Shown here in pieces: positions 1 through 10,775 of a stretch of 64,000 nucleotides of DNA. Source of the stretch: Nitrospirota bacterium (GTDB lineage Bacteria; Nitrospirota; UBA9217); the NCBI GenBank assembly GCA_963840455.1, contig CAWIYV010000004.1:96001-160000 (forward strand), in the 5' to 3' direction. Position 1 is the stretch's first letter. Each line of letters begins with the position of its first letter. Below the pieces are notes generated by a model. It did not search any database and was not told where the DNA came from. It saw nothing but the letters and a program-made list of their open reading frames with translations. The translations under genes were made by a program, and so were the position numbers.

Positions 1-189
1 GAGGTTGTCGAGCAATGCTACCGGAAGGCCGGCCTCTTCGTCAGCGGCGGGCCGCAAGGGATGGGACAGCTGGAAGCGTACGAGCAGGTAGGAGGACAGG
101 AAACCAACAAGATACATGAGCCCGTACCAGCGGATGGCAAATGGGCCGATCCGGACGGCGACCGGACCGATGTTCGGGAATGGCACCAT
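1..189 (-). CDS. lgt: Prolipoprotein diacylglyceryl transferase, N-terminal part (runs off the window)
   Basis: Manual translation from ATG 189 (GGAGG RBS upstream): [30 protein letters not shown], the typical Lgt N-terminus. Not in the ORF track. Confidence 0.85.
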   Translation of the reverse strand, partial: MVPFPNIGPVAVRIGPFAIRWYGLMYLVGFLSSYLLVRFQLSHPLRPAADEEAGLPVALLDNL

Positions 190-236
190 GCTTCGCCTCC
201 TCCGGCGGCAGGGACCGCGCATCCGTCCCTGTCCGT

Positions 237-1079
237 CTAGTTAATCACCAGGTAATCCGCATCTTCGGGCGTAACGCTCTTCAGGTCCGCCTGATCAGGC
301 ATTACCGGCAGGATCACCTGAGTACGGTACCCGGACAGGAGGGACAGCTGCTCCGGAATCCCGCGCCGCCAGGCGTGGCCGACGCCGGCAAGGACCACTG
401 CCTTTTTACCCGCGTTCTCCTTCATGAAGGCTATCAGGTTCACGGCCATGGATTTGTCCCAGACCATCTGAGCCTCGCAGAAATGCAGGAACGATTTCCC
501 GTCGCCCTGGTCATGGTCGGCATAGGCCTTCCTGATGAATGCCATGTAGCTCCTGTCGATGGTGCAGCTGATGCCAGCCGGGAGTTTCTGCCGCTCGGCG
601 TCGCTCAATGCCGAAAAACCGCGCCGGGCAATGGCGGTGGCGATCTCATCCGGGATGTTCAGCCCGGCGATCGGAATGCCGTGCTCACGAGCATAGAGGA
701 AGATATCCTCATAGAGCGTCCAGCGCAGGCTCCAGTTCCGGTAATAGACCGGCACGAACCGGTCCACCGGCATGACGCCCTGCGTCCAGGCATCGAGGTC
801 TTTCTGGTCGCTCTGCCGGAACATCTCCATGCCGATGATCATCGGCGTATCCGACTCGTGGAGCGCCCTGATGATCTCGAGTTCGATCGCGTGATGCCGC
901 GGGTCGCCGTGGATCTCCCCGATCACGATCACGTCGCTTCGCACGGCGTCCTGCATCATGGCGTCGAAGGTCACCGTCTTCCGGTCGCTTATACGTATCA
1001 AATTGTCGTGCCCTATTGCCGTCACGACGGCGAACAGGACGGCAAATGCGGCGGTCATCCCGTAGAATACAGTCTTCAT
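237..1079 (-). CDS. ChaN-family (haem/iron uptake, Cofac_haem_bdg) exported protein
   Basis: Signal peptide; VIGEIHG, IGMEMF, AQMVWD and LAGVGH motifs. Confidence 0.8.
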   Translation of the reverse strand: MKTVFYGMTAAFAVLFAVVTAIGHDNLIRISDRKTVTFDAMMQDAVRSDVIVIGEIHGDPRHHAIELEIIRALHESDTPMIIGMEMFRQSDQKDLDAWTQGVMPVDRFVPVYYRNWSLRWTLYEDIFLYAREHGIPIAGLNIPDEIATAIARRGFSALSDAERQKLPAGISCTIDRSYMAFIRKAYADHDQGDGKSFLHFCEAQMVWDKSMAVNLIAFMKENAGKKAVVLAGVGHAWRRGIPEQLSLLSGYRTQVILPVMPDQADLKSVTPEDADYLVIN

Positions 1080-1428
1080 GATCCCATTGTGACGCGCCGA
1101 ACGGCCCTTGTCAAGACATCCCGCCGGTACGGCTGGCAGAAGGAAGTACCGTGCTGCCCTGTCTTTCCATCACGCTCCTCCACCCTCCCGTGGAAATAAT
1201 CTGCGAGCAACCTATCGTCAAAATACTCATGATGAGGTCTGACACGAAGCTTTCCCGCGGCGCTCACATTCCTTCCATCCACCTGCAAAAAGACGCCCTT
1301 CCTCCCGACAGAAGATCTTCACTACCCGCGCCATGCGGAGAGATTTTCTGATATAGTACATAATACCGGTAACACTGGCAACGGTCCCCCGTGCCGTAGA
1401 ACACGATACCGCCGGAGGCGGTCCCAGG

Positions 1429-3324
1429 ATGGTGGTGATGAGAATGAAAAGCCTGCTTGACGCTCTTTTCTCCCGGCAGCGGCCGCTCACGATGGGCCAT
1501 TTTGTCCTGCTCTCCGTTGTTTTCTCGGAGCTCTTCACCGCTGCCGCGAACACGGTCCACAGCTACCTCTGGTACGGCGCCTTCTCACCGTCCCTGCTGA
1601 TGATCGGCGCGGTCGACGCGCTGTTCATCCCCCTGATCGTCGCCCCCATCGTTCTCTATTTTATGAGATATACCGCCGAGCTGAGCCACGCGAACGCGCA
1701 GCTGCGGCAGGAGATCGCGAACCGCAGGCAGGCGGAACAGGCCGTGCTGGAGCGCAAGGCGGAGCTCGAGTCGTCCAACGCGCTGCTGCTGACGGAGATG
1801 GTCGAACGGCGGCGGGCCGAACAGGAGGTCGCCAGGACGGCGAAGCATTTCCAATCGCTCATCGAGAACGGGCTCGACATCATCACCGTCCTGAGCAGCG
1901 AGGGAACGATACAATACGAAAGCCCGTCCGTCGAGCGGGTCCTGGGGTACCGGCCGGCGGAGCTGATCGGCGTCAACGCCTTCGACCTTGTCCATCCCAC
2001 CGATCTCGCCGCCACCAGCGAGATCTTCCGCAACGCGGTACAGGACCCGGGGCGGAACGACAGCGCCGAATTCCGGCTCCGTCACAGGGACGGTTCCTGG
2101 AGGATCCTCGAGGTCATGGGGAAGAGCGTGGCGACGGACGACGGCAGCGTGAACATCATCATCAACTCCCGGGACATCACCGACCGGAAGAGACTGGAGG
2201 AGGACCTGATCCGGGCTCAGAAGCTGGAGTCCCTGGGCATCCTTGCGGGCGGCATTGCCCACGACTTCAACAACCTGCTGGCCGGCATCGTGGGGAACCT
2301 ATCCCTGTCGATGCTCGACATCGACCCGGCGAGCGTCGCCTACAAGCGGCTGGAGGTCGCCGAGCGGGCCTCGCTCCGCGCGCAGAGCCTCACGCAGCAG
2401 CTGCTGACCTTTTCCCGGGGAGGCGCCCCCGTCAAGAAGATCATTGCCGTCGGCCCGGTGGTCCGGGAAGCGGTGGAGTTCTCCCTGCGTGGCTCCGGAG
2501 TCACCTGTGCGGTCGAGCTGCCCCCTGATCTCCGGCCGATCATGGCGGACGCGGGACAGATCGCCCAGGTGATCAACAACCTGGTGATCAACGCCGACCA
2601 GGCCATGCCGATAGGCGGCGCCATCACGGTGCGCGCGGAGAACGACGATTCGGCGCACCAAAAGGTTCCCGCGCTCAAGCAGGGCAGGTACATCCGCCTG
2701 TCCGTGCGCGATAGCGGGATCGGCATTCCCCGGGAGCACATCGACAAGATCTTCGACCCCTACTACACCACGAAGCAGAAAGGGAGCGGCCTGGGCCTCG
2801 CGGTCACCTACTCCATTATCCGGAAGCACGATGGCCACATCACCGTGGAGTCCGCGCCCGGCGCGGGCACGACCTTCACCGTCTACCTGCCCGCCTGCGA
2901 CGATCTACCGGCCGAGGCGCGTGCCGACGAGGGGGGGATCGCACGGGGCAAGGGTACGATCCTGGTCATGGACGACGAGCCCGAGTTGCGGGAAACCGTC
3001 GGCACGATGCTGCGGCGGCTCGGGTATACCGTGGAGCTTGTCGAGAACGGGGCAAAGGCAGTTGAGCGGTATCGCGAAGCGCTGCGGAAGAACAGACCCT
3101 TCGACGCGGTCATCATGGACCTGACCGTGCCCGGCGGCATGGGCGGCAGGGAAGCCATGGCCAGGCTGCAGGAACTGGACCCCGGCGTCAGGGCGATCGT
3201 GTCCAGCGGCTACGCCAACGACCCGGTCATGGCCAACTACGCAGAGTACGGGTTCAAAGGAGTGGCGGCCAAGCCGTTCAACCTCAAGCAGCTGGGCGAT
3301 TCGGTCGCGGCGGCGCTGAAGTAG
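1429..3324 (+). CDS. Membrane PAS hybrid sensor histidine kinase / receiver
   Basis: TM segments, PAS domain, H-box IAHDFNN, N/G1/F/G2 boxes, C-terminal REC (ILVMDD, IMDLT, AKPF). Confidence 0.95.
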   Translation: MVVMRMKSLLDALFSRQRPLTMGHFVLLSVVFSELFTAAANTVHSYLWYGAFSPSLLMIGAVDALFIPLIVAPIVLYFMRYTAELSHANAQLRQEIANRRQAEQAVLERKAELESSNALLLTEMVERRRAEQEVARTAKHFQSLIENGLDIITVLSSEGTIQYESPSVERVLGYRPAELIGVNAFDLVHPTDLAATSEIFRNAVQDPGRNDSAEFRLRHRDGSWRILEVMGKSVATDDGSVNIIINSRDITDRKRLEEDLIRAQKLESLGILAGGIAHDFNNLLAGIVGNLSLSMLDIDPASVAYKRLEVAERASLRAQSLTQQLLTFSRGGAPVKKIIAVGPVVREAVEFSLRGSGVTCAVELPPDLRPIMADAGQIAQVINNLVINADQAMPIGGAITVRAENDDSAHQKVPALKQGRYIRLSVRDSGIGIPREHIDKIFDPYYTTKQKGSGLGLAVTYSIIRKHDGHITVESAPGAGTTFTVYLPACDDLPAEARADEGGIARGKGTILVMDDEPELRETVGTMLRRLGYTVELVENGAKAVERYREALRKNRPFDAVIMDLTVPGGMGGREAMARLQELDPGVRAIVSSGYANDPVMANYAEYGFKGVAAKPFNLKQLGDSVAAALK

Positions 3325-3476
3325 ACCTCGCGGGCGGAAGCAAGGCAAACCTTGCCCTGGGGAAATGGGGAAGTGTGGAAAAATGGATAATAGGTCTTCT
3401 TGAATTTTTCCCCTTTCGCCCTTCCTTCCCCCTTTCTCCTCCAAAGGTCCGTCGTTGCCGAAACGAGGGATAACCC

Positions 3477-3986
3477 ATGCCCACTTCCATTGATAAAAAA
3501 CTTGCCGCTGTCTGCGGGCTCTTCTGCCCGGCCTGTACGGTATATATCGGGACCCGGGAGGACCCAGAAAGACTGAAGGCGCTTGCGAGCCGCATGGGGC
3601 GCACGGTCGAAGAACTAAGATGTAATGGATGCCGCACGGAAAAGAGATGCTTTTACTGCCAGAGCGTCTGCACCATGGCGAAATGCGCCGCTGATAAGGG
3701 CGTGGATTTTTGCGGCCAGTGCCCGGAATATCCCTGCAGCGACCTGAGGACCTTTCAGGCCGCGATGCCGCACCGGATCGAGCTATGGAAATGGCAGGAA
3801 CGGATCAAGGAGGCCGGATACGAGACCTGGTATGCCGAAATGACCGGGCACTTTTCCTGCCGAACATGCGGGACGGTTAACTCAGCGTACGATCTGAAAT
3901 GTCGGAAGTGCGGCGAAGAACCAAGTTGCGATTACGTGCGGATGCATAAAGAGGAGATCACGCAGCGATCGAGGAACATGAGATGA
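3477..3986 (+). CDS. DUF3795-like Cys-rich protein
   Basis: CGLFCPAC, CNGC and FCGQCPEYPC pattern. Confidence 0.8.
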   Translation: MPTSIDKKLAAVCGLFCPACTVYIGTREDPERLKALASRMGRTVEELRCNGCRTEKRCFYCQSVCTMAKCAADKGVDFCGQCPEYPCSDLRTFQAAMPHRIELWKWQERIKEAGYETWYAEMTGHFSCRTCGTVNSAYDLKCRKCGEEPSCDYVRMHKEEITQRSRNMR

Positions 3987-4069
3987 GGGGCAACGGAGGA
4001 AGCAACCTCCCCTCCGAATTCTTTCCAGCTTTCCAGGTTTGACCCTCATCAACTCGACCCACATCAACC

Positions 4070-5572
4070 ATGGCAAATGTGAAAAATTACGCGATAAGGG
4101 CCGCGATCATCATCGTCGGGACCTACCTCGCGCTTCTGGTTCCCGACCAACAGGCCCCTGTTCAGCTGCCTGATCCCGCTGCGACAGCGAGGCAGCCGTT
4201 CGCGTGGAACGAGGACGTTTTCTGGAAATCGCTGGAAGCGCGGTATCGGGAACTGCGGACAACGTCCTGCGAGAGCCGCAGGCAGGCCGTTACGACATCC
4301 GTCCTCCGGGTGCAGGCACTCCTCCGCGGCATTCAGGAAAAGAGCCTGAATCCGAGCGCGCCGGAATTGGGTGAGCTCGAACGGCGGATGTTCGAGATCG
4401 CGCCCCTCGTCGGCGGATGCAGCCGGGAACTGGCAGCGTACGTCCATGCCAGGGAGGACCTGCGCATTGCCGTCAAGAAGCAGTCGGAGCATTGGGACAT
4501 GAGGTCCGATGCGGCGCGGACCACCCTGTACCGGCTGCTGTACGGTACCCGTGCCGCGGTCGAGGAGGCCATGCTGCAGATGCCCGGCGTCGCCTCGATA
4601 CCCGCGCTCGTCAACGGTGTTGTCGAGCCTTCCCAGACCCCGGGGGAGGAGGTGCATGGGGTAACGATCCACAGCGGAGACCTGCTGGTGTCCCGGGGCA
4701 GCGTTCCTACGTCCGCATTGATCGCGCGCGGCAATGACTTTCCGGGAAATTTCTCCCACGTTGCCCTGGTGTACGTTGAACCGAAGACGCACCGTGCCCG
4801 GATCGTCGAAGCCCTCAGCGGGCAAGGTGTTGTCGTGTCATCCCTGGACGAGTACGCGAAAGACGCGAAGTTCCGGATCATGGTCCTCCGTCCCCGGGCC
4901 GATCTCCCGCAGATGCTGCAGGACCCGATGCTCCCCCATAAGGCCGCGGAACGGGCGTATAACAATGCCACAGAAAAACATATTCCCTATGATTTCGAGA
5001 TGAACTATCACGATCACGCGAAGCTGTTCTGCTCCGAAGTGGCTTCCGCGGCGTACGAAGCGTACGGAGTAAATCTCTGGATGGGCATTTCGCACCTGTC
5101 TTCGCCCGGCCTCCGTCGATGGCTTTCCGGCCTCGGCGCGAAGCATTTCGAGACCCAGGAGCCGTCCGATCTGGAGTATGATCCGCAGCTCCGGGTCGTC
5201 GCTGAGTGGCGCAACCTGGAAACGCTCAGAAAGGACCGTCTTGACAATGCCGTGACCGAGGTGATGCTCGAGGGCGCGGAGCAAGGAGAGGAACTTTCCT
5301 ATCATTGGTACCTGCTGCCGTTGACGCGTCTTGCGAAGGCATACAGCGTGGCGTTCAATTGGTTCGGGAAGGTCGGCCCAGTCCCGGAAGGGATGTCCGC
5401 CGCCACATCGCTGCGTACCCTTGCGTACATGCACAGGCATGAGCGTATCTACAAGATACTGGAGATGAAAACCGGGCAATTCACGGCGCAACACGGCTAT
5501 GAGCCCCCGTACTGGGAGCTGCTGAAACTGGCGCGGAGCGCAATATCCGGGGAAGAGGGACGTGGGAAATAG
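4070..5572 (+). CDS. YiiX/YebB-like permuted NlpC/P60 cysteine hydrolase
   Basis: SGDLLVSRG, FSHVAL (His) before YD..LFCSE (Cys): the permuted papain-like order. Confidence 0.8.
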   Translation: MANVKNYAIRAAIIIVGTYLALLVPDQQAPVQLPDPAATARQPFAWNEDVFWKSLEARYRELRTTSCESRRQAVTTSVLRVQALLRGIQEKSLNPSAPELGELERRMFEIAPLVGGCSRELAAYVHAREDLRIAVKKQSEHWDMRSDAARTTLYRLLYGTRAAVEEAMLQMPGVASIPALVNGVVEPSQTPGEEVHGVTIHSGDLLVSRGSVPTSALIARGNDFPGNFSHVALVYVEPKTHRARIVEALSGQGVVVSSLDEYAKDAKFRIMVLRPRADLPQMLQDPMLPHKAAERAYNNATEKHIPYDFEMNYHDHAKLFCSEVASAAYEAYGVNLWMGISHLSSPGLRRWLSGLGAKHFETQEPSDLEYDPQLRVVAEWRNLETLRKDRLDNAVTEVMLEGAEQGEELSYHWYLLPLTRLAKAYSVAFNWFGKVGPVPEGMSAATSLRTLAYMHRHERIYKILEMKTGQFTAQHGYEPPYWELLKLARSAISGEEGRGK

Positions 5573-5701
5573 TCGGAAAGGAAACCGGAGGATGTTCTTC
5601 CACACCACAGAAGGGTACCCTGTTTTTGTCTCGAAAGCGTTTTGCCAGGGGTATAATAAAGGCCCGGCTGAATGCGTACAATTCCCGAAAGGAGGACATC
5701 C

Positions 5702-6226
5702 ATGAAAGCACTTATCATCAGCGCAGACGGCTACGAAGACTCGGAGCTTCTCGTTCCCTATTATCGATTCCTCGAGGAAGGCATCGAAACGGACATCGCA
5801 TCAATGACGAAAGGTCCCCTCAAGGGGAAGCACGGATATGAAGTGGAGGCAACGAAAACGCTGGCCGACATTGCACCCGATGATTACGACATCCTGCTCT
5901 TGCCCGGCGGCAGGGCCCCGGGCGTGGTGCGGAAGGAGCGGACGGCCGCGGAGATCGCGAAAGATTTCTTCACGAAGGGCAAGCCCGTTGCGGCCATCTG
6001 CCACGGTCCGCAGATCCTTATAACCGCTGGACTCCTGAAAGGGAGACGTGCCACCTGTTATCGGACCGTTGCGGACGAGCTCAAGGCGTCGGGTGCCCTG
6101 TATGAGGACCAGCCGGTGGTCGTCGACGGCAACCTCGTGACCTCCCGCCAGCCTTCGGACCTTCCGGCGTTCATGCGGGAGGTCATGAAGATGGTCAGGG
6201 ACCGGGCTGGCAAGAGCGCGGCATGA
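5702..6226 (+). CDS. PfpI/DJ-1 family protein
   Basis: GYEDSE, LPGG and AICHGP motifs; AGGAGG RBS before ATG 5702. Confidence 0.92.
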   Translation: MKALIISADGYEDSELLVPYYRFLEEGIETDIASMTKGPLKGKHGYEVEATKTLADIAPDDYDILLLPGGRAPGVVRKERTAAEIAKDFFTKGKPVAAICHGPQILITAGLLKGRRATCYRTVADELKASGALYEDQPVVVDGNLVTSRQPSDLPAFMREVMKMVRDRAGKSAA

Positions 6227-6306
6227 ACGGTAGATCTGCTGTTTCAATGGTAGGTTGGATCAAGCAAAACGCAACCCTGGGGCTTCTGTCATCTTCCATC
6301 TCATTT

Positions 6307-6730
6307 CGTCACCTTTCTTGCTTGCCCGAAGAAAGGTGACACAAAGAATGCACCCGGCGAACATTCTGATCCGGCATTCTCGGTCGTCATCGGTACATTT
6401 TAGAAACTCGCCCGAAAGTGGTAAGAGTGGGCTCAGGCAGTCTAAAATGTTTAACCCTCTGACTCGGTCGACTGCCGGGAATGTTCGCATGGGACTTCTC
6501 AAGTCTTTGCCGTACCCAAACCCCGCACGTCCACGGAGCGGCCCTATACATTTTCTGGGGCACCCGTCTTGGCCAAAGGAAGCATCCCGAAGGGCGACGC
6601 GTACTGTCTGAGGCCGAAGGCCGAGTTTACGCGGTCGAGCTGACGTGGCCTTAGACGGGTCAGAAAATGTATTCAGGCCGCGAAGGAGATGTGCAAAAAA
6701 ACCAAGCATCCTGACCATCAGCGAAAGTCC
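6307..6730 (+). repeat. Large structured repeat family A, full copy (module 1 + module 2 + linker)
   Basis: GTCACCTTTCTTGCTTGCCCGAAGAAAGGTGAC ... CTGTCTGAGGCCGAAGGCCGAGTTT ... GCAAAAAAACCAAGCATC; homologous to 7672, 8835, 12901, 18044 and 37895. Confidence 0.9.
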
Positions 6731-6782
6731 CGTTCTTTACATCATCCTTTCTTTTGTCACCTGAATGTATCTTCTCCAGATA

Positions 6783-7553
6783 CTACGTGGGGAACACGAC
6801 ACCGGACAAGCGTGCGCACTCTGAAAGATACTTGTCCTGGACAGCCGGGTCCGCGGCAGCCGGGTGACAGCTCCGGGGTTGCTGATGAGAGAAATATCTT
6901 CCCGAGACCAGGGCTTCCTTCTCCTGGCTCACCGCCAGCCACACCTGCGTCCGCGACCCTTCCTCGATGCTGACGGGAGCTCCCCGTCCTCCCATCTTCG
7001 TGGCTGCCCAGCCGGGGTCCACGGCATTGGACAATACGTCGGGCCATTTGCGGGCAACGGCAAAGGCAAGGATGACGTTGTGCAGCTTCGTATCCGAGTA
7101 GGCGCCCGATCCGGCACAAGGCCGTCTGCTCCACGTGAGGTCGTTCAATGTGGCGTCGCCGCTTCGATGGAGACCAGAGCTTGTATAGACCAGGCGTTGA
7201 GGCCTCCTGATCAGACAGGTCAGGATATAGGGGGCCAGCGAGTTCACAACGAACATCTCCGGCAGGCCGTCGACGGTCAGGCTGCAGTAGGAATCGCCGT
7301 AGACGCCGGCATTATGGATCACGGCATCGATCGGTCCGACTTCGTTCACCTGGTCGGCAAGGGTCCTCGTTTCTGCGATAATTGCAAGATCGCCCACAAT
7401 GGCGGTCATTGCGCCTGGAACTTTTAAAAGCGCCTCATCTGCCCGATCCCTATTGCGGCCATGCAGCACAACCTGGTGGCCCTGGCTGACCAGCATCCGC
7501 GCCTCCATGAGACCGAGACCGTCAGAAGAGCCTGTAATGAATATTTGTGCCAT
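6783..7553 (-). CDS. SDR family NAD(P)-dependent oxidoreductase
   Basis: ITGSSDGLG, HNAG and YSDTK motifs. Confidence 0.92.
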   Translation of the reverse strand: MAQIFITGSSDGLGLMEARMLVSQGHQVVLHGRNRDRADEALLKVPGAMTAIVGDLAIIAETRTLADQVNEVGPIDAVIHNAGVYGDSYCSLTVDGLPEMFVVNSLAPYILTCLIRRPQRLVYTSSGLHRSGDATLNDLTWSRRPCAGSGAYSDTKLHNVILAFAVARKWPDVLSNAVDPGWAATKMGGRGAPVSIEEGSRTQVWLAVSQEKEALVSGRYFSHQQPRSCHPAAADPAVQDKYLSECARLSGVVFPT

Positions 7554-7617
7554 GGAAAATTCTCCGTACCTGCTTGATTATAGCGCGGGCAATGGGCAGC
7601 GGAAAGCCGAGAAAGCA

Positions 7618-7648
7618 GTAGGTTGGGTTAAACGATGCGCAACCCAAC
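7618..7648 (+). repeat. GTAG-type REP-like palindrome
   Basis: GTAGGTTGGGTT-AAACGATGCGC-AACCCAAC hairpin preceded by GTAG. Confidence 0.55.
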
Positions 7649-7671
7649 AGCTTCTAATCTTCATCTCTTTT

Positions 7672-8197
7672 CGTCACCTTTCTTGCTTGCCCGAAGAAAG
7701 GTGACGCCAAAGAAGGGCACCCGGCGAAAATCCTTCACGGCATGCTTGGTCGTCCTCGGTACATTTCGGAAACTCGCCCTGCGGGCTCAGACAATCCGAA
7801 ATGTTTAACCCTCGTCCTCGGTCGCCTGCCTAGATTTTCGCATGGGGTATACCCCAAACCCCGCACGTCCCTGGAGCGGCCCTATGAATTTTCTGGGCAC
7901 CCGTCTTGGCCTAAGTCAGCGTCCCGGAGGGCGCTGCGCACTGTCTGAGGCCGAAGGCCGAGTTTGCGCGAGCGAGCTGACGTGGCCTTAGTCGGGTCAG
8001 AAAATTCATTCAGGGTGCGAAGGGGATATGCAAAAAAACCAAGCATCTTGATCATCAGAGAAGGGCACCCGACGAAAATTCTTCACGGCATGCTCAGTCG
8101 TCCTCGGTACATTTCGGAAACTTGCCCTTCGGGCTTCGGACATCCGAAATGCTTAACCCTCGTCCTCGGTCGTCCGCCTAAATTTTCGTATGGGGTA
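7672..8197 (+). repeat. Repeat family A: full copy followed head-to-tail by a second module 1
   Basis: 7672-8058 is a full unit; 8059-8197 repeats AGAAGGGCACCC...TTTTCGTATGGGGTA. Confidence 0.9.
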
Positions 8198-8255
8198 GCC
8201 TAAGAGCGAAAGCAACACGCATGAAGGCAAGAAAGATATGCTGTGGCGAAAACGT

Positions 8256-8708
8256 TCAATGCTTGCCGACGATCTGAAGGGTCCTGGAGTCGCGTTTGCC
8301 CTGGTAATACTTGTCGAGGACGCGGCCGAAGACCGACTGGGGACCGGATACAACCTCGAAGAGCGTCATGGACGATTGCAGTTTCCAGTCGTCGGGGTGG
8401 CCGAAGATATCCGAAGCCGATCGTCCCTGGATGGCCAGGACCGCTTCCGCGCACTCCAGGAGTCGCGGTCCGAGAACAGGGTGGGCAAGGTAGTGCCGCG
8501 CTTCTTCAAGGCTCTTGATGGAATACCGTCGCGTCGTGGGGCTGTGCCCCAAGCCCTCGACCTGCGGGAAGATATACCACATCCAGTGCGAGCGCTTCAG
8601 GCCGTCACGCAGCTCAGCAAGAGCGCGGTCGTAGATCCCTTCCTGCGCGTTGGTGAAGCGGCTCAGATCGAATGGATCACCGCGATCCGAAGTATTGGCT
8701 CTTTGCAT
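8256..8708 (-). CDS. DUF1810 family protein
   Basis: DPFDLSRF, KRSHWMWYIFPQ and KLQSSMTLF motifs. Confidence 0.9.
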   Translation of the reverse strand: MQRANTSDRGDPFDLSRFTNAQEGIYDRALAELRDGLKRSHWMWYIFPQVEGLGHSPTTRRYSIKSLEEARHYLAHPVLGPRLLECAEAVLAIQGRSASDIFGHPDDWKLQSSMTLFEVVSGPQSVFGRVLDKYYQGKRDSRTLQIVGKH

Positions 8709-8794
8709 CGTTAGGCCCACTGCCCTGCGAGAATAGGATACCAATATTTAAGCCTGACTCTCGAAGGTCCATACGGTTATCTGTAGGGAGCTTC

Positions 8795-9026
8795 AACATC
8801 AGCGAAAGTCTCTACCTTTACATCCTCTTTTCTTTTGTTACCTTTCTTGCTTGCCCGAAGAAAGGTAACCGAAAGAAGGGCACCCGGCGACCATTCTGGT
8901 CCGTCATGCTCGGTCGTCTTCGGTACATTTTAGAAACTCGCCCGAAAGTGGTAAGAGTGGGCTCAGACAGTCTAAATTGTTTAACCCTCGGACTAGGTCA
9001 CCTACCGGGAATGTTCGCATGGGACT
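8795..9026 (+). repeat. Repeat family A: linker + module 1
   Basis: CATCAGCGAAAGTC linker, then GTTACCTTTCTTGCTTGCCCGAAGAAAGGTAAC...GCATGGGACT. Confidence 0.88.
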
Positions 9027-9075
9027 CCTCCATACTTTACCCTGTACCCTGTCCCCGTGTCTCCGTGTCTCCGCG

Positions 9076-10485
9076 TCACCGTGTCTGCAGTTTGGGCGTG
9101 ATGTTCTGGTTCAGCCGGAACAGGTTTGTCGGATCGTAGCGGGCCTTGATCGCCACCAGCCGTTCCCACGCCGGTCCCGGGTATGCCTCGTGGATCCGTG
9201 CCTCGCCGTCCCTACCCAGAAAATTAACGTAAGTTCCCGATTCACCCTGTCGCAGCGCCGCAAGGAAGCCCGTTACCCAGGCTTCGTGCTTTTCCGCCTC
9301 CTCAAGATGATCGTACACCGCGCCGACCGCGGCCAGGATCCTTCTCCCGCGGTGGCTGAAGGCGGTCGCTTCGACAGGCACGCGCGCCATTGCTCCTCCG
9401 AGCACCCGGATCTGCGCCACGGCGAGAGGCGCGGTCGAGGCCCGCAGTTGTTCAAGGATCATCTGTGCCGTACCGCGGCCGACGGTGTCCCTGAATACCG
9501 TGCGGGCGGACTCTCCGACCGGATGGGGGCCGCCCTCGGTCAATGTGTAAATCTCCGGATAGCGCATCGCCCGCACCATATCGGCGAGCGGTACGGCTAG
9601 TCTCCTGAACGGGGCTATGACACGTTCCCCTTGTTCGATGGGGCCGGCATAGGCCATCATTGCCATTATGATGAGTTTGCCATACGCCTCCTTGGGCAGA
9701 AAGGGCATCGGGGGCGCGATCATGACATTGGCGATGACCGACAGTTCGTCGGCTGCTGCCTCCGCCTCTACTACGAGCGACGCGATCACCTCGGCCGTCG
9801 CCGGCAGGACCAGCATACCGCCCATGACCATGCCGATGTCATGGAGCCGGAACCGGAAACGGGTGGCAACGCCGAAGTTGCCGCCGCCCCCGCGGATGGC
9901 CCAGAAAAGATCGGGGTGCGTCGAAGCATCGGCGCGGACGAGCCGGCCGTCAGCGGTCACGATATCAGCGGCAAGAAGGCTGTCGATCGTGAGGCCGTGC
10001 TTGCGGACAAGATACCCGATGCCGCCCCCGAGCGTGAGCCCCCCGATCCCGACCGATCCCGTGTCGCCGAACCCGGTTGCGAGGCCGTAGGCATCGGCTT
10101 GGGCCGTGTATTCAGCCGCTGTCAGCCCGGTCTGGACCCAGGCAGTCCGCCCTGCAGCGTCGATCTCGAGCGCCCGCAGAGCGGAAAGGTCGAGCACGAT
10201 CCCGCCTTCCGATGTACCGTGGCCCGCAAGGCTGTGGCCGCCGCTGCGGACGGCAAGCTCCAGCCCGGCTTCAGCGGCCAGCAATACGACGCGGCTGACA
10301 TCGTTCTCTTCAGCGGCCCGGACGATGACCCGCGGCCTGCGATCGACCCACCCGTAAAAGACCGTGCGCGCCTGTTCGTACTCCCCGTCTTCCGGCGCTA
10401 TCACCCGGCCTTTGACCGCGGAACGAAGCTTTGCTATGAGGATACGTTCATCCATATTAATCACGACTATCGCGTTCTTGAACAT
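9076..10485 (-). CDS. FAD-binding oxidoreductase (FAD_binding_4 + BBE)
   Basis: RSGGHS, GGGGNFGV, YVNF and KARYDPTNLF motifs. Confidence 0.93.
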   Translation of the reverse strand: MFKNAIVVINMDERILIAKLRSAVKGRVIAPEDGEYEQARTVFYGWVDRRPRVIVRAAEENDVSRVVLLAAEAGLELAVRSGGHSLAGHGTSEGGIVLDLSALRALEIDAAGRTAWVQTGLTAAEYTAQADAYGLATGFGDTGSVGIGGLTLGGGIGYLVRKHGLTIDSLLAADIVTADGRLVRADASTHPDLFWAIRGGGGNFGVATRFRFRLHDIGMVMGGMLVLPATAEVIASLVVEAEAAADELSVIANVMIAPPMPFLPKEAYGKLIIMAMMAYAGPIEQGERVIAPFRRLAVPLADMVRAMRYPEIYTLTEGGPHPVGESARTVFRDTVGRGTAQMILEQLRASTAPLAVAQIRVLGGAMARVPVEATAFSHRGRRILAAVGAVYDHLEEAEKHEAWVTGFLAALRQGESGTYVNFLGRDGEARIHEAYPGPAWERLVAIKARYDPTNLFRLNQNITPKLQTR

Positions 10486-10524
10486 ATTATAACATTGGTG
10501 TGACGGTTTACAGGGGAATCGCCA

Positions 10525-10634
10525 TGCGGAGACATCGAAGTAGCTTATATCCGAGGGAGTTCTAAGAAGGGAAAAGCTCTTTCAGGAGTATGAGCAGGCG
10601 ATGGTGTGGAAGGGCCGGAAGGAGCACTAACTAC
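10525..10634 (+). pseudogene. Degenerate 3' fragment of an SprT-like zinc metalloprotease gene
   Basis: Shares GAAGGGAAAAGCTCTTTCAGGAGTATGAG.AGGCGATGG with 24264-24443; contains a stop and indels. Confidence 0.6.
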
Positions 10635-10775
10635 TTTTCTAATCAGGGATGGACCTAAGCAGGAAATGTCAATACCGAAGCCTAACCCCATACGGTCTTA
10701 TTCTATGCGGAGAGGGCGGCAAAGGAGGCAAAGATAGCAGCGAAAGCGGCTATTTGCAACAAAAGAGAGCTGACC

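Noticed and set aside
1076-1382. Small ORFs upstream of the ChaN gene
   Set aside because: No recognisable motif or clear RBS; a frameshifted small gene is possible but unsupported.
6255-6718. ORFs over repeat family A (also 7742, 8672, 12901, 17955)
   Set aside because: Frames are not conserved between copies, and the variation follows base pairing rather than codons.
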